This document shows positions 38,026-50,589 of a DNA stretch of 64,000 bases, piece after piece. Positions within the stretch are counted from its first letter, which is position 1. Each line of letters starts with the position of its first letter. Location of the stretch: positions 12,628,609 to 12,692,608 of the forward strand of contig NC_057754.1 in the NCBI RefSeq assembly GCF_004010195.1. Reading direction: 5' to 3'. Source of the DNA: Chiloscyllium plagiosum (taxonomy: Eukaryota). The translations under genes were made by a program, and so were the position numbers. Below the pieces are notes generated by a model. The model was not told the DNA's origin, made no database searches, and saw only the letters and a program-made list of their open reading frames with translations.

Positions 38026-38839
38026 GGTGTTGTTAGCTGAATGCATGGCCAACAATAGTGGAGCGATATAAAATCAGGGCTGTCTGCCGGCTGGTATTAG
38101 AGGGGGGGGGAGGATATCTTAGAACATTATGTGATGGGGGAAGAGGGAGGCAATTAGCAACTCATCTTGGGTTGAAATATGATGTCCTGGTTGTGAAGCA
38201 CCTCAAGTAGTAACCAAGAAAGAGGGATGGAGTGGGAGATGAGGGAGTAGAGTTTCTGGCTGGGACTGAAGACAATGGCACCAGTCGTCTTTAGTATTTG
38301 TTTGAAGGAAATGTTTGTTTATCCAGTTCTGATGTCAGACAGGTGGGCAAGGTGTGGAAATGTTTGTTTATCCAGTTCTGATGTCAGACAGGTGGGTAAG
38401 GTGTATGAGATGGGGGGGATCCTGCAGGTGATTGTCCTAGCAGCATGTGGAGGGTGAGGGTCTGGGATATTCTCTCACAGATCTGGTCACTTTCTGGAGA
38501 TGTAAAATCCTACTCCATACTTCTACCGCCATCTCCCTCTCTTGTTCTTTTCTCCCAGAGGAGCCAGAATCTTGTTTATGTCCAGGCTGGGTGGCATGTT
38601 CCCCTTCCTGAAGGATGTTACTGAACCGGTTAGATTTTTACAACAGTCTGGCCTATTTCAGGGTCACTTTCTCCTCCTGCTGGCCCCACAAATTACCAGA
38701 TACACTCAGCCCAATTTCATAATTTTGCTTTGTGCTTTTGTGGATTCTTTCTCTCATTCCTGTTTTTGTCTTTAAAATGACTTTCACAGTTGTATAAAAA
38801 AGGGAGGATTTCTTGTTGGGGAAACGGAAACCAAACATC

Positions 38840-39730
38840 ACGTCGGGTTTTGACGAATTCACCCAATTTATCATAAGCAGTTGTACTCGTGTTCTGTGCA
38901 TGGACGATGCTTCAGCCATCTTTTGATCTGTCTGAACATAAATGCAGTCTTAATGAAGAGTAGCCATGAAAATCTGGCAATTTTTGGGAATATTCCAGCT
39001 AGGCTAGAAATTCATTGTTGCATTCACATTGAGCAGAAGACTTTCACCTGCTCTGAATGCAGGAGAAGATTCACTATCTTGGGGCGGCACAGTGGCTAGC
39101 ACTGTTGCCTTGCAGCGCCAGGGACCCGGGTTCGATTCCAGCCTTGGGCAACTGTCTGCGTGGAGTTTGCACATTCTCCCCGTGTCCGTGTGGGTTTCCT
39201 CCCACAGTCCAAAGAGGTGCGGGTTAGGTGAATTGGTCATGCTAAATGGCCCATAGTGATGGTGCATTAGTGGGGAATGGGTCTGGGTGGGTTGCTCTTT
39301 GGAGGGTCGGTGTGGACTTGTTGGCCGAAGGGCCTGTTTCTGCAATGTAGGGAATCTATTCCAATCTAATCTATCTCCTCCAATCTGCATTCAGACTGGG
39401 GAGAGGCCATTCACCTGCTTCATGTGTGGGAAGGAATTCAATCATACATCCAAATTATTGTCATAGCAATGAGGTCATGGAGACAGGCCATTCAGTTGGT
39501 CTGAGTATGGGAGGAATTCAATCGGAAATACGCTACTCAGCACACGACTACTGGAGAGAGACCATTCACCTGCCCCCAGTGTGGAAAATGATTCATTTGT
39601 TCATCTGCCTCCTAACATACAGATAAGGTCACACTGGGGAGAGACCATTCACCTGCTCCAAATTTGGGAAGGAATTCCTGGAGTCGTTCCACCTGCTAAG
39701 ATACCAGCAAGTTCACCAGTGTCTGCAGTT
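38840..39730 (+). pseudogene. Decayed C2H2 ZNF pseudogene with SINE at ~39081-39372
   Basis: Paralog of 5840-6760 with the same SINE insertion. Confidence 0.8.
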
Positions 39731-42145
39731 ATGGGAATGTTGCTGTTCGTTATATCCAGGAATCAATGTGTTCATTGGGGTCTGTTACTACTGATGTTGA
39801 TAAATGCCCTCTTACGGTGCTAATCTTCTGTATAAAATACAGAAACAGCAGCTTTGTGTTAATCATTTGTGTGCTGAATCATGTTAATAGCTTTAACAAA
39901 ACTGAGTTCCTTTCTGAAAGCCTGTTCCTACTCTCCCGTCCTCCCCCATCTATCCTGTCTCCTCCCCGTCTACCCTGTTACCTCCATTCTCACCTCAGAT
40001 AGCAAGTGCGAAGAGCTTACGGAGTTTCTATGTCGCTGAGATTGAGAAAATATTTCTTTCTACTAGCCCAACAGGGAGGGGCTCTTATGGCACAGTGGTA
40101 ATGTCCTTACTCGGGATCAGGAGACCCCTGGATTAAGGCCCACGTTTTTTGGAGGTGGTTAACAACAACTCTGGATAGGCTGAAAATATAAGTAGAAACA
40201 GAAAATACAAGTAGCCACCAGACCGAAACACCTTCCAGCTGTCCCTGCCCGAGCTTCCAAATGGAATCTTCCTGTAGTTTCTCTCCTGTTAGACTCTCTC
40301 ATTGCTTAGTTTGTCCAGGAAACCCTCCTGCTGCTCCATTGTTCCTGTCCCTCACTGACTTGTCCATTTCCCCCGTGTTCCCACATTAATTCATTGTTTC
40401 CAATCCCATTGTCCGATTCCTCTAGCTCCACCTCCTTCAGTCTATTGGGCAGCAGCTGCTGTCAATCACCAGGGTGATTATGATTTGAAGCATGCGACGT
40501 ACAAGTGAATACCAGTGCGCAAGCGCTTTGTTAACCAGTGGCTGTAGGGATGTGCAATAGGGGTCAGACAGGTGTGGGATGGAGGCTGTGGGTGTGAGAT
40601 GAGTTTTTTCTGTCATTGGCCTTCCTCCGGGAACAGGACCTGGGAAATGGCCCCTAGCCCAGGGAATGAACTAAAGGATGATTCACATCAGAGGATGGCG
40701 TTGGGGAAAGTAAAGAGGTTTCGGTATAGAGGAAAGTTAATGAGTTCTGACCAGGAAGCAAATCCTGGGGTGGCAGGGTTTGTGGAATTCACCAATACCC
40801 ACTGAGATGTTAAACTAGGAGTAAAACTGTTTGATTTGATTCTCAATCTGCAGACACGAGCTTAATAACTGAAACCAGAGAGAGGAGAGGGAGGGAGAAG
40901 CATACCAGTAGGAAAGGAAGGATGTGTGGAGATTGGTTTGGATTTCAGCTCAGGAAAAAGACAGTGGGTGTCATACTGGGATTTACAAACTTCAGGGAAC
41001 AGGATGGAAAAAAAGATGTTTAATTCAAATCTATAACTGTCTGCCCTGAATTTCTATCAATTTTTGTTTTCTCTGCTGTCAGGTACTGAATGGGTGCCCA
41101 GAAACAGATTGCAGTTTCCATACTGGCAGTTTGATGGGAACGTAATCTTCTGCATACAGCGACAAGAGAAGGGCAGGGCCCAGTACCTAGCTCCTTACCT
41201 TACTCTTGTAGATCTCAATAAGGCAATCAATGTCATCAGCAGGCCAGAACTCAATAAGACTTAGGAGGAAACTGGTTGTCCATCTCAGCTCCTTAGTCTG
41301 ATCCTTGCTGCTTCTATGATTGGTAGAGGCAGAAACCATCATAACATTAAAAAAGTATTTAGATGCACACTTGCAATACCAAGACACACACAGCTATGGA
41401 TCAAATGCTGGAAATGGAATTGGAATAGTAAGGTGGTTAGTTTTGATTGGTGCAGTCTTTTTCTTTGCTGTGACTCGATGAACCACTCCTTTCATAACCA
41501 CAACGCTGCCTGAATGAGATCACCAAGTGGCGAGTAATGGTGAGAAATGGATCTTTGGGGGATGCCAAGTCCAAGCAACATGGAGACAAATGGAAGGTTG
41601 GGCATGAAGCAAGCCACTTGCAAGGACAATGAGTTCAAGAGTTTTTTTTTCCTCCTGATAGGCAATGATGATGGAATTAAAGGTGAGAAGGACAGAACCA
41701 GAAGAGAGAGTGAATGTTAACAATATCAGCGAACATGGGGAAGCTGTGGGTAACAGTTTAATGAGAATAGAGTCAAAGCAGCAGGAGGTGCGACCCATGC
41801 ACAAGATGAGATCTGATAGGATGTGACAATAATAGGAGAGAAAGCTGGAGCAGCTTTCACAGAAAGAGGAATTCAGAATGGGTTTGACTGATGGCCTAGT
41901 GGTGGGGGAGAAAGAAGCACAGGCAGCTGATCAATTGTTCCAATTTCAGTAACAATTCAACAAAGAAAGAGGGAGATCCCTTCAAAGTGAACTGGCAAGG
42001 GTGTAAAAAATTAGGCAGACTTAAGCTGAACTGTTTTATTTGACTATTTTGCCAAATATTAACATCTGTGGTTGAGCTAAACATCAGCATTCAACATAGC
42101 TCCATTCCAGTTGTGGTTAACAGCAAAACGGAGCCCCTGCTTTAG

Positions 42146-43456
42146 TCACTTGTGAAGTCGCTGGTGGCGAAGCAGGTGAGCTGACTGAGTAAATCTCTTC
42201 TCACACATTGAGCAGGTAAATGGCCTCTCCCCAGTGTGAACCCGCTGGTGTATCAGCAGGTTGGAGTTTGTCGTGAATCCCTTCTCACACTCAGAGCATG
42301 TGAAAGGTCTCTCTCCAGTGTGAATGCGCTTGTGTACAGTGAGGTCAGATGATCGCCTGAATCCAGACCCACACTGAGAGCACTTGAATGGTTTCTCATC
42401 AGTGTGAATACGTTGATGTCGCATCAGATCTGCAGAACTTTTAAAGCATTTCCCACAAATTGAACACTTAAAAGGTCTCTCGTCAGTATGAACATGTTGA
42501 TGGGACAAAAGACCCTTGGAACTTTTATAGCACTGCCCACAGTCTTGGCATTTGAAAGGTCGCTCCTCACTGTGTACGTGCTGGTGTGCCATGAGATGAG
42601 ATGACTGAGTGAATCCCTTCCCACACAGTGAGCAGGTAAATGGCCTCTCCCTAGTGTGAACTCGCTGGTGCGTCATGAGGTAAAATGACCGAGAGAATCC
42701 CTTCCCACATTCAGTACAAGTGAATGGCCTCTCTCCAGTGTGAATTCTCTGGTGTATACGGAGGTCAGATGACCATCTGAACCCAGTCCCACAGTGACAG
42801 CACCTGAAAGGTCTCTCCTCAGAGTGAATACGCTGATGGGACATCAATTCAGTGGAACTTACATGGCCTTTCCCACAGTCCGGGCACTTAAAAGGCCTTT
42901 CTTCAGTGTGAACCCGATGGTGCTTCAGCAGGTTGGATGTCCGAGTAAATCCCTTCCCACACTCTATGCAGGTGAAAGGCTTCTCCCCACTGTGAACTCT
43001 TTGGTGTGCGCAGAGATCATATGATCGACTGAACCCTGTCCCACACTGAGAGCACTTGAACTGTCTCTCCTCAGTATGAACACTTTGGTGACGTATCAGC
43101 TCCCCAGTCGTTTTAAAACCCTTCCCACAAACTGAGCATTTAAAAGGTCTCTCATCTGTGTGAACACGTAGATGGGACATTAGTTCGCTGGAACGTTTGT
43201 AGCAGTTCCCACAATCTTGACATTTGAAAGGGTCAGCGTGAGCTCGCTGGTGCCTCAGCAGCATTGGTGATTCAGTGAATCCCTTCTGACATATGGAGCA
43301 GATAAATGGCCATTTCTCAGTGTCAGTATGATGGTGAATTTTGTGAAATTCCAGATCAGAAATGTAACTAACTGTCTGCTCGCATGCCCCAGTTTTCCAT
43401 AGTATCTCCCCAACATGACTGCAAAAAGCCAGATGACTGTCTGAACCCTTGCTCAT
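42146..43456 (-). CDS. Tandem C2H2 zinc-finger protein, 436 aa, 14 intact fingers, no KRAB domain seen
   Basis: Uninterrupted ORF with 14 CxxC-x12-HxxxH units and TGERP-type linkers; start codon uncertain. Confidence 0.88.
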   Translation of the reverse strand: MSKGSDSHLAFCSHVGEILWKTGACEQTVSYISDLEFHKIHHHTDTEKWPFICSICQKGFTESPMLLRHQRAHADPFKCQDCGNCYKRSSELMSHLRVHTDERPFKCSVCGKGFKTTGELIRHQSVHTEERQFKCSQCGTGFSRSYDLCAHQRVHSGEKPFTCIECGKGFTRTSNLLKHHRVHTEERPFKCPDCGKGHVSSTELMSHQRIHSEERPFRCCHCGTGFRWSSDLRIHQRIHTGERPFTCTECGKGFSRSFYLMTHQRVHTRERPFTCSLCGKGFTQSSHLMAHQHVHSEERPFKCQDCGQCYKSSKGLLSHQHVHTDERPFKCSICGKCFKSSADLMRHQRIHTDEKPFKCSQCGSGFRRSSDLTVHKRIHTGERPFTCSECEKGFTTNSNLLIHQRVHTGERPFTCSMCEKRFTQSAHLLRHQRLHK

Positions 43457-43846
43457 ACACAGAACACATATTCGGTTTCTCTTTTCTGTGAACAGTGCTT
43501 TTTCCTTCCATGTTCAAAATCTGCGGATGTTGTGATAAAATGAGAGATCTTGGTGTGATCCTGTTCTGAAGAAGAGTCATAATGAACTTGAAATTTTAAC
43601 ACTGTTTTGCTCTCTATTCAGATGCAACCAGACCTCTCAGTTTCTCCAGTATTTTAAATTTTAAGTCAGTTTTCAGTAATATTTTGCTTTTATCCAAAAC
43701 GAATGTTTGCATTGGATTCCCACCTTTGAATCTTCCTTTTCCATGAAATTGATTTAAAATAAAAGAAAAAGAGATTAGGAGAAAAGCCACAAAAAGATAA
43801 AGCCAAATTTTGTGAAAGCATAACTCTGAAAATGTATCCATTGTTT

Positions 43847-44145
43847 AGATTAGATTAGATTAGATTACAGTGTGGAAACAGGCCCTTCGGCCCAACAAGT
43901 CCACACCGACCCGCCGAAGCGAAACCCACCCATACCCCTACATTTACCCCTTACCTAACACTACGGGCAATTTAGTATGGCCAATTCACCTGACCCTGCA
44001 CATCTTTGTGATGTGGGAGGAAACCAGAGCACCCGGAGGAAACCCACGCAGACACGGGGAGAACGTGCAAACTCCACACAGTCAGTCGCCTGAGTCGGGA
44101 ATTGAACCTGGCGCTGTGAGGCAGCAGTGCTAACCACTGTGCCAC
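43847..44145 (-). mobile_element. Young HE1-like V-SINE, present in copy B only
   Basis: TSD ccattgttt at 43838-43846 and 44146-44154; (agatt)n tail; empty site at ~10850. Confidence 0.95.
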
Positions 44146-45320
44146 CCATTGTTTTCTTAGGTCAAAACTTAACTAATCTCAGGCACTCCTAGCCAGTCTT
44201 ACACATCCCAGTTCCTATAAACCTTGAGGCTTTCTAACATTCGCCGGTCTGTGCATTCAAACCAAATCTTAACCAGCCACCACACCTGATTGTCAGGATG
44301 TCAGCCAGTGGAACCTCACAGAATATGAGTTCCCTGATTTGAGCTGTTAATCTGGTGTAGTCAGGGAATCCTGGCTGGCATAAAAAGGTTAAGCATTAGA
44401 GATACTGACACTCTGGTTTGTGACTCTGTGTGAGGCAGTACTATAGTCAAGGACTGTTCATGTGTAAATGAAGAATTACTTGGTGATTGGATACCAGCCT
44501 CTATAGAGGCCATGCTCACTGACCTATAGGCTATTTAAATTATTGTTTCCAGACATTTCCCCATCACTGAAGTAAAACTGTCTGGCCTGTTGTTACCGGG
44601 CTTCTCTTCACAAGCTTTTTTGAACAAGGTGTAATGTTTGCATTTTTCAGCTTCTGGCACCACCATTAGAGCTAAAGAACCTGAAAATATTACAGAAACG
44701 CCACTACAATTCTACTCTCACTTCCCTTTATATTCTTTGGTTTATCTCATCCACACTTTGTGCCTTATTCATATTGAGTTCAGATAGCCTATGTAACATT
44801 CTTATCAATTTTAAAATATTCAAGTGACTCAAATATCTAGTCTTTTACTATGACCTGAGCAGAATCTTTGTCTTTGAGAATGACTTATTTAATACATTGG
44901 CTATGACTGTCTGCATTGCAATTTTGGTCCTGAGGAGTGCTATTCAATATTTAACCTCCTTTACAATTTCAAAGCCTAAACAAGAGTTTTAAGATTTCCC
45001 ACCCTTTTGACTGCTGTTGAATTTCAAAATCACTTTTTACTTATTTTATTTGCTGTTTCATCTTCCCTCTGAACTTTCTGTATTCAGCCTAGTTCTAAAT
45101 TTTCGCTTTCTATTTAATGTGTAATATGCACAATTTTTCTCTTTTACCTTAATTTTCTAAGATCATGAGATATAGAAGAAGCAGGACATTAAGCTTTTCA
45201 AGTCTGCTCTATCATTCAATGGGATCATAGCTGATCTGATAATTCTCAGCCCCACTTGTGTCCCTTTTCCCAATAACCTTAACTTCCCTCCTGTATAAAG
45301 ATCTGATCAACTGGTCACTG

Positions 45321-45583
45321 TGCCCAAATGTTCTACAATCACACTTGACCCAGTTCATTGCCAAGAAGGTCTAGGAGTGCTTCTTTTTTTTCTTTTAAGA
45401 CTAAGTAGCATTGCTGTGGAAAACTTTCCTGAACACACTCTTACCTGCACTTGCCCAAATGTTCTACAATCACACTTGACCCAGTTCATTGCCAAGAAGG
45501 TCTAGGAGTGCTTCTTTTTTTTCTTTTAAGACTAAGTACGCATTGCTGTGGAAAACTTTCCTGAACACACTCTTACCTGCACT
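45321..45583. repeat. 131-bp tandem duplication, copy B only
   Basis: tgcccaaatgttctacaat... at 45321 and 45452; single copy at ~12023-12153. Confidence 0.9.
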
Positions 45584-45769
45584 GACCTTTACATAATCTC
45601 TATTCCAGCAGAAAAGCAAAATATTCCAGGTGCTGAAAACCTCATACAGGGAACGCTGGAGAAACTCATCTGCGCAAATATTTGGAGTACACTTCCTCGA
45701 CGATAGTTTGGATAGATCAGTTGTATAGATTGCCACTTTCGCGTCACTCTCATCATGACAAAACAAATA

Positions 45770-46150
45770 GAACTCACCAATGGCAATACTTTTACCTTTC
45801 CCCAGCACGTCCGCTGTCTCGGCCACAGGTGAACGGGAGCCGGCGCTGTTTCACATCGTGTCTGGAACATGCGCAGTGACAGTGATGATAATGGGTGGAA
45901 TGAGATGCTCTTCCTTTTCATCCGCTGTGAGGATGCGGGCCAACGGGGAGGGTTTATAAATACTTCCAACCTGGATTAATAACCTCCAATTGCTCTATTT
46001 TTGTTCCTGGTGCCTTTACCTGGGATCAGCTCCCGGTAACCGCCGACATCTTGGATCCGTCGGGTTCAGGGCGCATGCGTGTGAACTTGATGCTGCTGTG
46101 AGGCAGGCGGGGATCCGAACGTGCGGCTGTGCCTTTGGATCACAGATTCC
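45770..46150. promoter_or_regulatory. CpG-rich putative ZNF promoter / first exon, copy B
   Basis: NRF1-like CATGCGCA (~45868) and GCGCATGCG (~46071); donor-like TG|GTGAGT near 45777. Confidence 0.55.
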
Positions 46151-46402
46151 GCTACAGTGTGGAGACAGACCCTCCGAAAAGTAACCCACCCATTTCCCTC
46201 TTACTAATGCACCGAACACTATGGGCAATTTAGCATGGCCAATTCATCTGATGTGCACATCTTTGAAATGTTGGAGGAAACCCACGCAGACATGGGGAGA
46301 GTGTGCAAATTCCACACATACAGTCGGCCGAGGTGAGAAGCGAATTCAGGTTCCTGGCGTTGTGAGGCAGCAGTGGTAACCACTGAGCTGCCGTGCCGCC
46401 CT
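46150..46402 (-). mobile_element. HE1-like V-SINE
   Basis: Paralog of 12730-12968. Confidence 0.85.
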
Positions 46403-46949
46403 AAGGCTGTGTTAGTTAGAAAGTATCCCATTGCACATTCCTGCTTTTGGATTTTGTTGCTGATTGTGAGTTATTTTAATTTGTTTGGATTACATATTGG
46501 AAGAACTAAAACTACCCCTTTAGGTAGCTATACCGAGGTTACAAACTCACACATTGAATGTAGATATAAAACAAGTGGACTGTTTTCACCTCCCTGGTAC
46601 TTTCTTTCTTCCAGTTAATGTCACAGTCTTCTGGTGGTCCCAACTGGATGACAGGTTCTCATCCCTGATAAACATGATGGAGCCAGTTTGTGATTTAATG
46701 ACAAAAATCTGGCAGCTTTTATGGTCACTATTCCCTAGTGCCAGCCCCAAAAATTACCAGATCCATTCACTTTGATTCCATAAACTGCCTTAATTTTTCT
46801 ATTTCATTTCACATCCCTTTTTCTGTTAAAGATTAATTTCACAGGGTTTTGGAATTAAGGATGAACAGTCATGTAACATGTCAAATAACACACTAGGATC
46901 TGACAAACTTGTGGAATGTAATGTAAGCTGAATATTATTGGATTTTAAA

Positions 46950-47825
46950 TATGGATGGTGGATGCATCATTTACAGTGAAGAGAAAATGTGCTCAGATTG
47001 TGTGTGTGTGGATGAGACTTCAGTTGATCATATGACTTTTTGAAACCAAACCAATGCCACACTGACAAAAAAACAGTAGATATGTGGGGAATGTAGGAAG
47101 GGTTTAATTACCCGTCCAAGCTGCAAACACATTGGTGCAATTGCCATCAGGGAGAAACCATTCACCTGCTCCATGTCTGAGAAGGCATTCATGAAGCCCT
47201 CATCAGCAGATTCACACTGGATAGGGGTTGCTCCCCTGCTCTGAGTGTGGCAAGGAATTCATTTAGTGATTCCATCTGCTGACACACTAGCAAGTCCAGA
47301 CTCAGGAGCAACCATTCATCTGCTTCAAGTGTGGGAAGGATTTCTCCCAGTCATCCAGCCGTTTAAACAGGTTTACACTGAGCAGAGACTTCACCTCAGG
47401 AAATAACATTACCAACCTAAAATAAGCAGGAATATTCAGCAGTGATTCACCTGAGGCCCACTGAAGTTGTTACCTAGTAAGGTGATGAAACATCTGGAAT
47501 TGAACCTTCAAGCTCAGCGAGCAAACCTACACCCAAAACCTCAACCTGAGCTACAAATCTTCTCAAAACTCGCTAAGACCCTTTAACTGTGCAGACTGAG
47601 GGAAGTGCTATAAAACCTCAAGTAGACTGATGTGCCATCAATGTGTTCTCACTGGGGAGAGACTGCTCAGGTGCTATCACTATGGGGCTGGGTTCAGGAC
47701 ACTATCTAGCCTCACTGTACACCAGCGAATACACACTGGGGACAGCTGTTCACCTGCTCTGAGTGTGGGAAGAAATTCATTCAGTAATCCAGCTTGGTGA
47801 AACACAGCAAGTTTACAAGTAACCT
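46950..47825 (+). pseudogene. Decayed C2H2 ZNF pseudogene with PLE terminal fragment
   Basis: Paralog of 13520-14400; cca-ctgaagt-tgttacct..aggtgat-gaaacatc-tgg decayed hammerhead at ~47458-47497. Confidence 0.75.
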
Positions 47826-48129
47826 CAGCAATTGGATGTTTTTGTTTGTTCATGGGATCATGGCACCACTAGCTCAGCTAGAATTTATCATCTATTCTAA
47901 CTGCCCACCGGATGGTTTGGACTCAACCACATTATTATGGGTCTGGATTTATATGTAGGCCAAACTAGGTCGGAATTAACAAAAGTTCACAGACAAAATG
48001 GCACAAAGAGTTGCTTTCTGGTCTTTTATCCTGTTTCTGAAATGATCATGAATAAATTCTTACAGCTGATTTAAATGTGAAAGACCAACATGAGTTTTGT
48101 TCTAACAGGGTGGTCATTACAGGGAACTG

Positions 48130-49990
48130 GAAATGCTATAACTCTAGTATGTCAGATGGATCAGTTTTTGTTCAATGTGTGCAGGAGGGTTTCCTGACAC
48201 GATATGTCAAAGAGCCGACAAGAGGGGAGGCCATACTGGATCTAGTGCTTGGTAATGAAGCAGGCCAGGTGTTTGATTGGAGGGAGCTGAGCATTTTGGA
48301 GAGAGTGATTATAATTCAGTTACGTTTGGTTTAGTGATGGAAAGGGATAGGTACATGCCATAAACCAAGAGTTATCAATGAGGGAGTGGCAATTATAATG
48401 TGATTAGGCAAGACTTAGGATGCATAGAATGGGGTAGCGAAATGCAGGGATGGGGACAATCAAAATGTGGAGCCAGTTTAAGGAACAGATATCGTCTGTC
48501 CCTGATAGGTATATCCCTGTCAGGCAGGGAGAAATTGATGAGGTAAGGGAACCGTGGTTTATTACAGAAATGCGCATGTCTTGTTAAGTGGAAGAAGAAG
48601 GCTTATGTGACGATGAGATAAGATTATTCAGATAAGGTGATGGAGAGTTACAGATTAGCAAGGAAGGATTTAAAGAGAGAGTTAAAATGAGCAAAGAGAG
48701 GACATGAGCAGTCTTTAGCAGGTAGAATAAAGGAGAACCCTAAAGTGTTCTATAGATATGTGAGGAATAAAAGGATGACTAGGGTAGGAATAGGGCCAGT
48801 CAAAGACAGAAGTAGGAAGTTGTGTGTGAACACTGTGGAGATTGAAGAGATGCTAAACCAATATTTCTCATTGGTTTTCACTCAGGTAAAGGAGGATAAG
48901 AATTAGATACAAGATATTAGACTAGAAAGGATCAGGTTAGTAAGGAAGAGATGTTATCAATTCTAGAAGGAGTGAAAATAGACAAGTCCCCTGGACCAGA
49001 TGGGATTTATCCAAAGGTTCTCTGGCAAGTTAGGGAGGAGGTATTGGAGCCTTTGGCTTTAATTTTGAGTCGTTATTGTTTACAGGTTTAGTACCAGAGG
49101 ACTGGAGGATTACAAATGTTGTGCCCTTGTTCAAGAAGGAAGTGAGGACTGCAGATGCTGGAGATCAGAGCTGAAAATGCGTTGCTGGAAAAGCGCAGCA
49201 GGTCAGGCAGCATCCAAGGAGCAGGAGAATCGACGTTTCGGGCATGAGCCCTTCTTCAGGGTTCATGCCCGAAACGTCGATTCTCCTGCTCCTTGGATGC
49301 TGCCTGACCTGCTGCGCTTTTCCAGCAACACATTTTCACCCTTGTTCAAGAAGGGCAGTAGAGATGATCCAGGTAATCATCGACCAGTGAGCCTTACGTC
49401 TGTTGTAGGATAAGTTTTGGAAAGAATTATGAGAGATCGGATTTACAATCATCTAGCAAGCAACAGTTTGATTGCAGACAGTCAATGTGGTTTCGTCAAG
49501 GTCAGGTCACAACCCTCATTGAGTTTTTTGAGAATGTGTCCAAGCATGGGGATGAGGTTCGGGCAAATGATGTGGTGGACATGGACTTCAGTAAGGCCTT
49601 TGGTAAGATTCTGCATGGTAGGCTATTGGAGAAAATGCAGAGGCATGGGATTGAGGGTGATTTAGCAGTTTGGATTGGAAACTGGCTTTCTATAAGAAGG
49701 CAGCGAGTGGTGGTTGATATTCAGCCTGGAGAGCAGTTACGAGTGATGTGCCACAAGGATCTGTTTTGGGACCACTGTTGTTTGTCATTTTTATAAATGA
49801 CTTAGTTGCAGCCATTGGTGGATGGGTTAGTAAGTTTGCAGAAGACACTAAAGTTGGTGGAGTACTGGACAGTGTGGAAACGTGTTGCAGGGGGACTTGG
49901 ATAAACTGTAGAATTGAGCTGAGAGGTGGCAAATGGAGTTCAATGCAGATAAATGTGAGGTGATTCACTTTGGGAAGAATAACAGGAAGG
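48130..49990 (+). mobile_element. CR1 ORF2 fragment
   Basis: DFSKAF, PQGSVLGPLLF, SKFAEDTK. Confidence 0.9.
49139..49338. mobile_element. 200-bp fold-back hammerhead mini-element
   Basis: TSD cccttgttcaagaag at 49124-49138 and 49339-49353; 76-bp near-perfect inverted arms 49172-49247 and 49263-49338; intact minus-strand core 49232-49259. Confidence 0.92.
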
Positions 49991-50589
49991 CGGAACACCT
50001 CATCTTCCGCCTCGGAACCCTTCAGCGTCAGAGCGTTAATATGGACTTCACCTGTTTCCTCATTTCCCCTCCCCCCACTTGACCTCAATTCCAACCTTCC
50101 AGCTCAGCAACATCCTCATGACCTGTCCCATCTGTCAATCTTCCTTCCCACCTATCTGCTCCACCCTCCTGTCTGACCTAGCACCTTTACCCCCATCTCT
50201 ATCCACCTATTGCCCTCTCAGTTATCTTCTCTCCAGCTCCACCCTCCTCTCAGGGAGAAAGGAGCAGCAGCTACTGCTTTGCTGGGCAGGAAGGAGCCGT
50301 TTCACATGCTCACGGCCCGACGTTCGCGCTCAGATAATAGGGAACGCTCAATAGGGCTGCTTCTGGTCCTCCAGTCCTTCCGATTGGTCACATTGTGACG
50401 GAATGGGGCGAAACACAAACTCAAATGCAATGGCATGACCTTATCCAAATGATGTTTCAAAGCTTCTGCCAATAGACAAAGTGGTTGCTGTGACAACTGA
50501 CCAATCAGATTGAGGGAGCTGTTCCCGACCTAAGCCAACCTTACACGTGCATAGCGCTATTTCTCCGTTGTGAGGCATGACCTGCTGCT

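Noticed and set aside
49139..49338. DNA-transposon MITE or pre-miRNA
   Set aside because: Variable long TSDs, asymmetric arms and non-palindromic relatives favour a PLE-type retro-insertion; no evidence of miRNA processing
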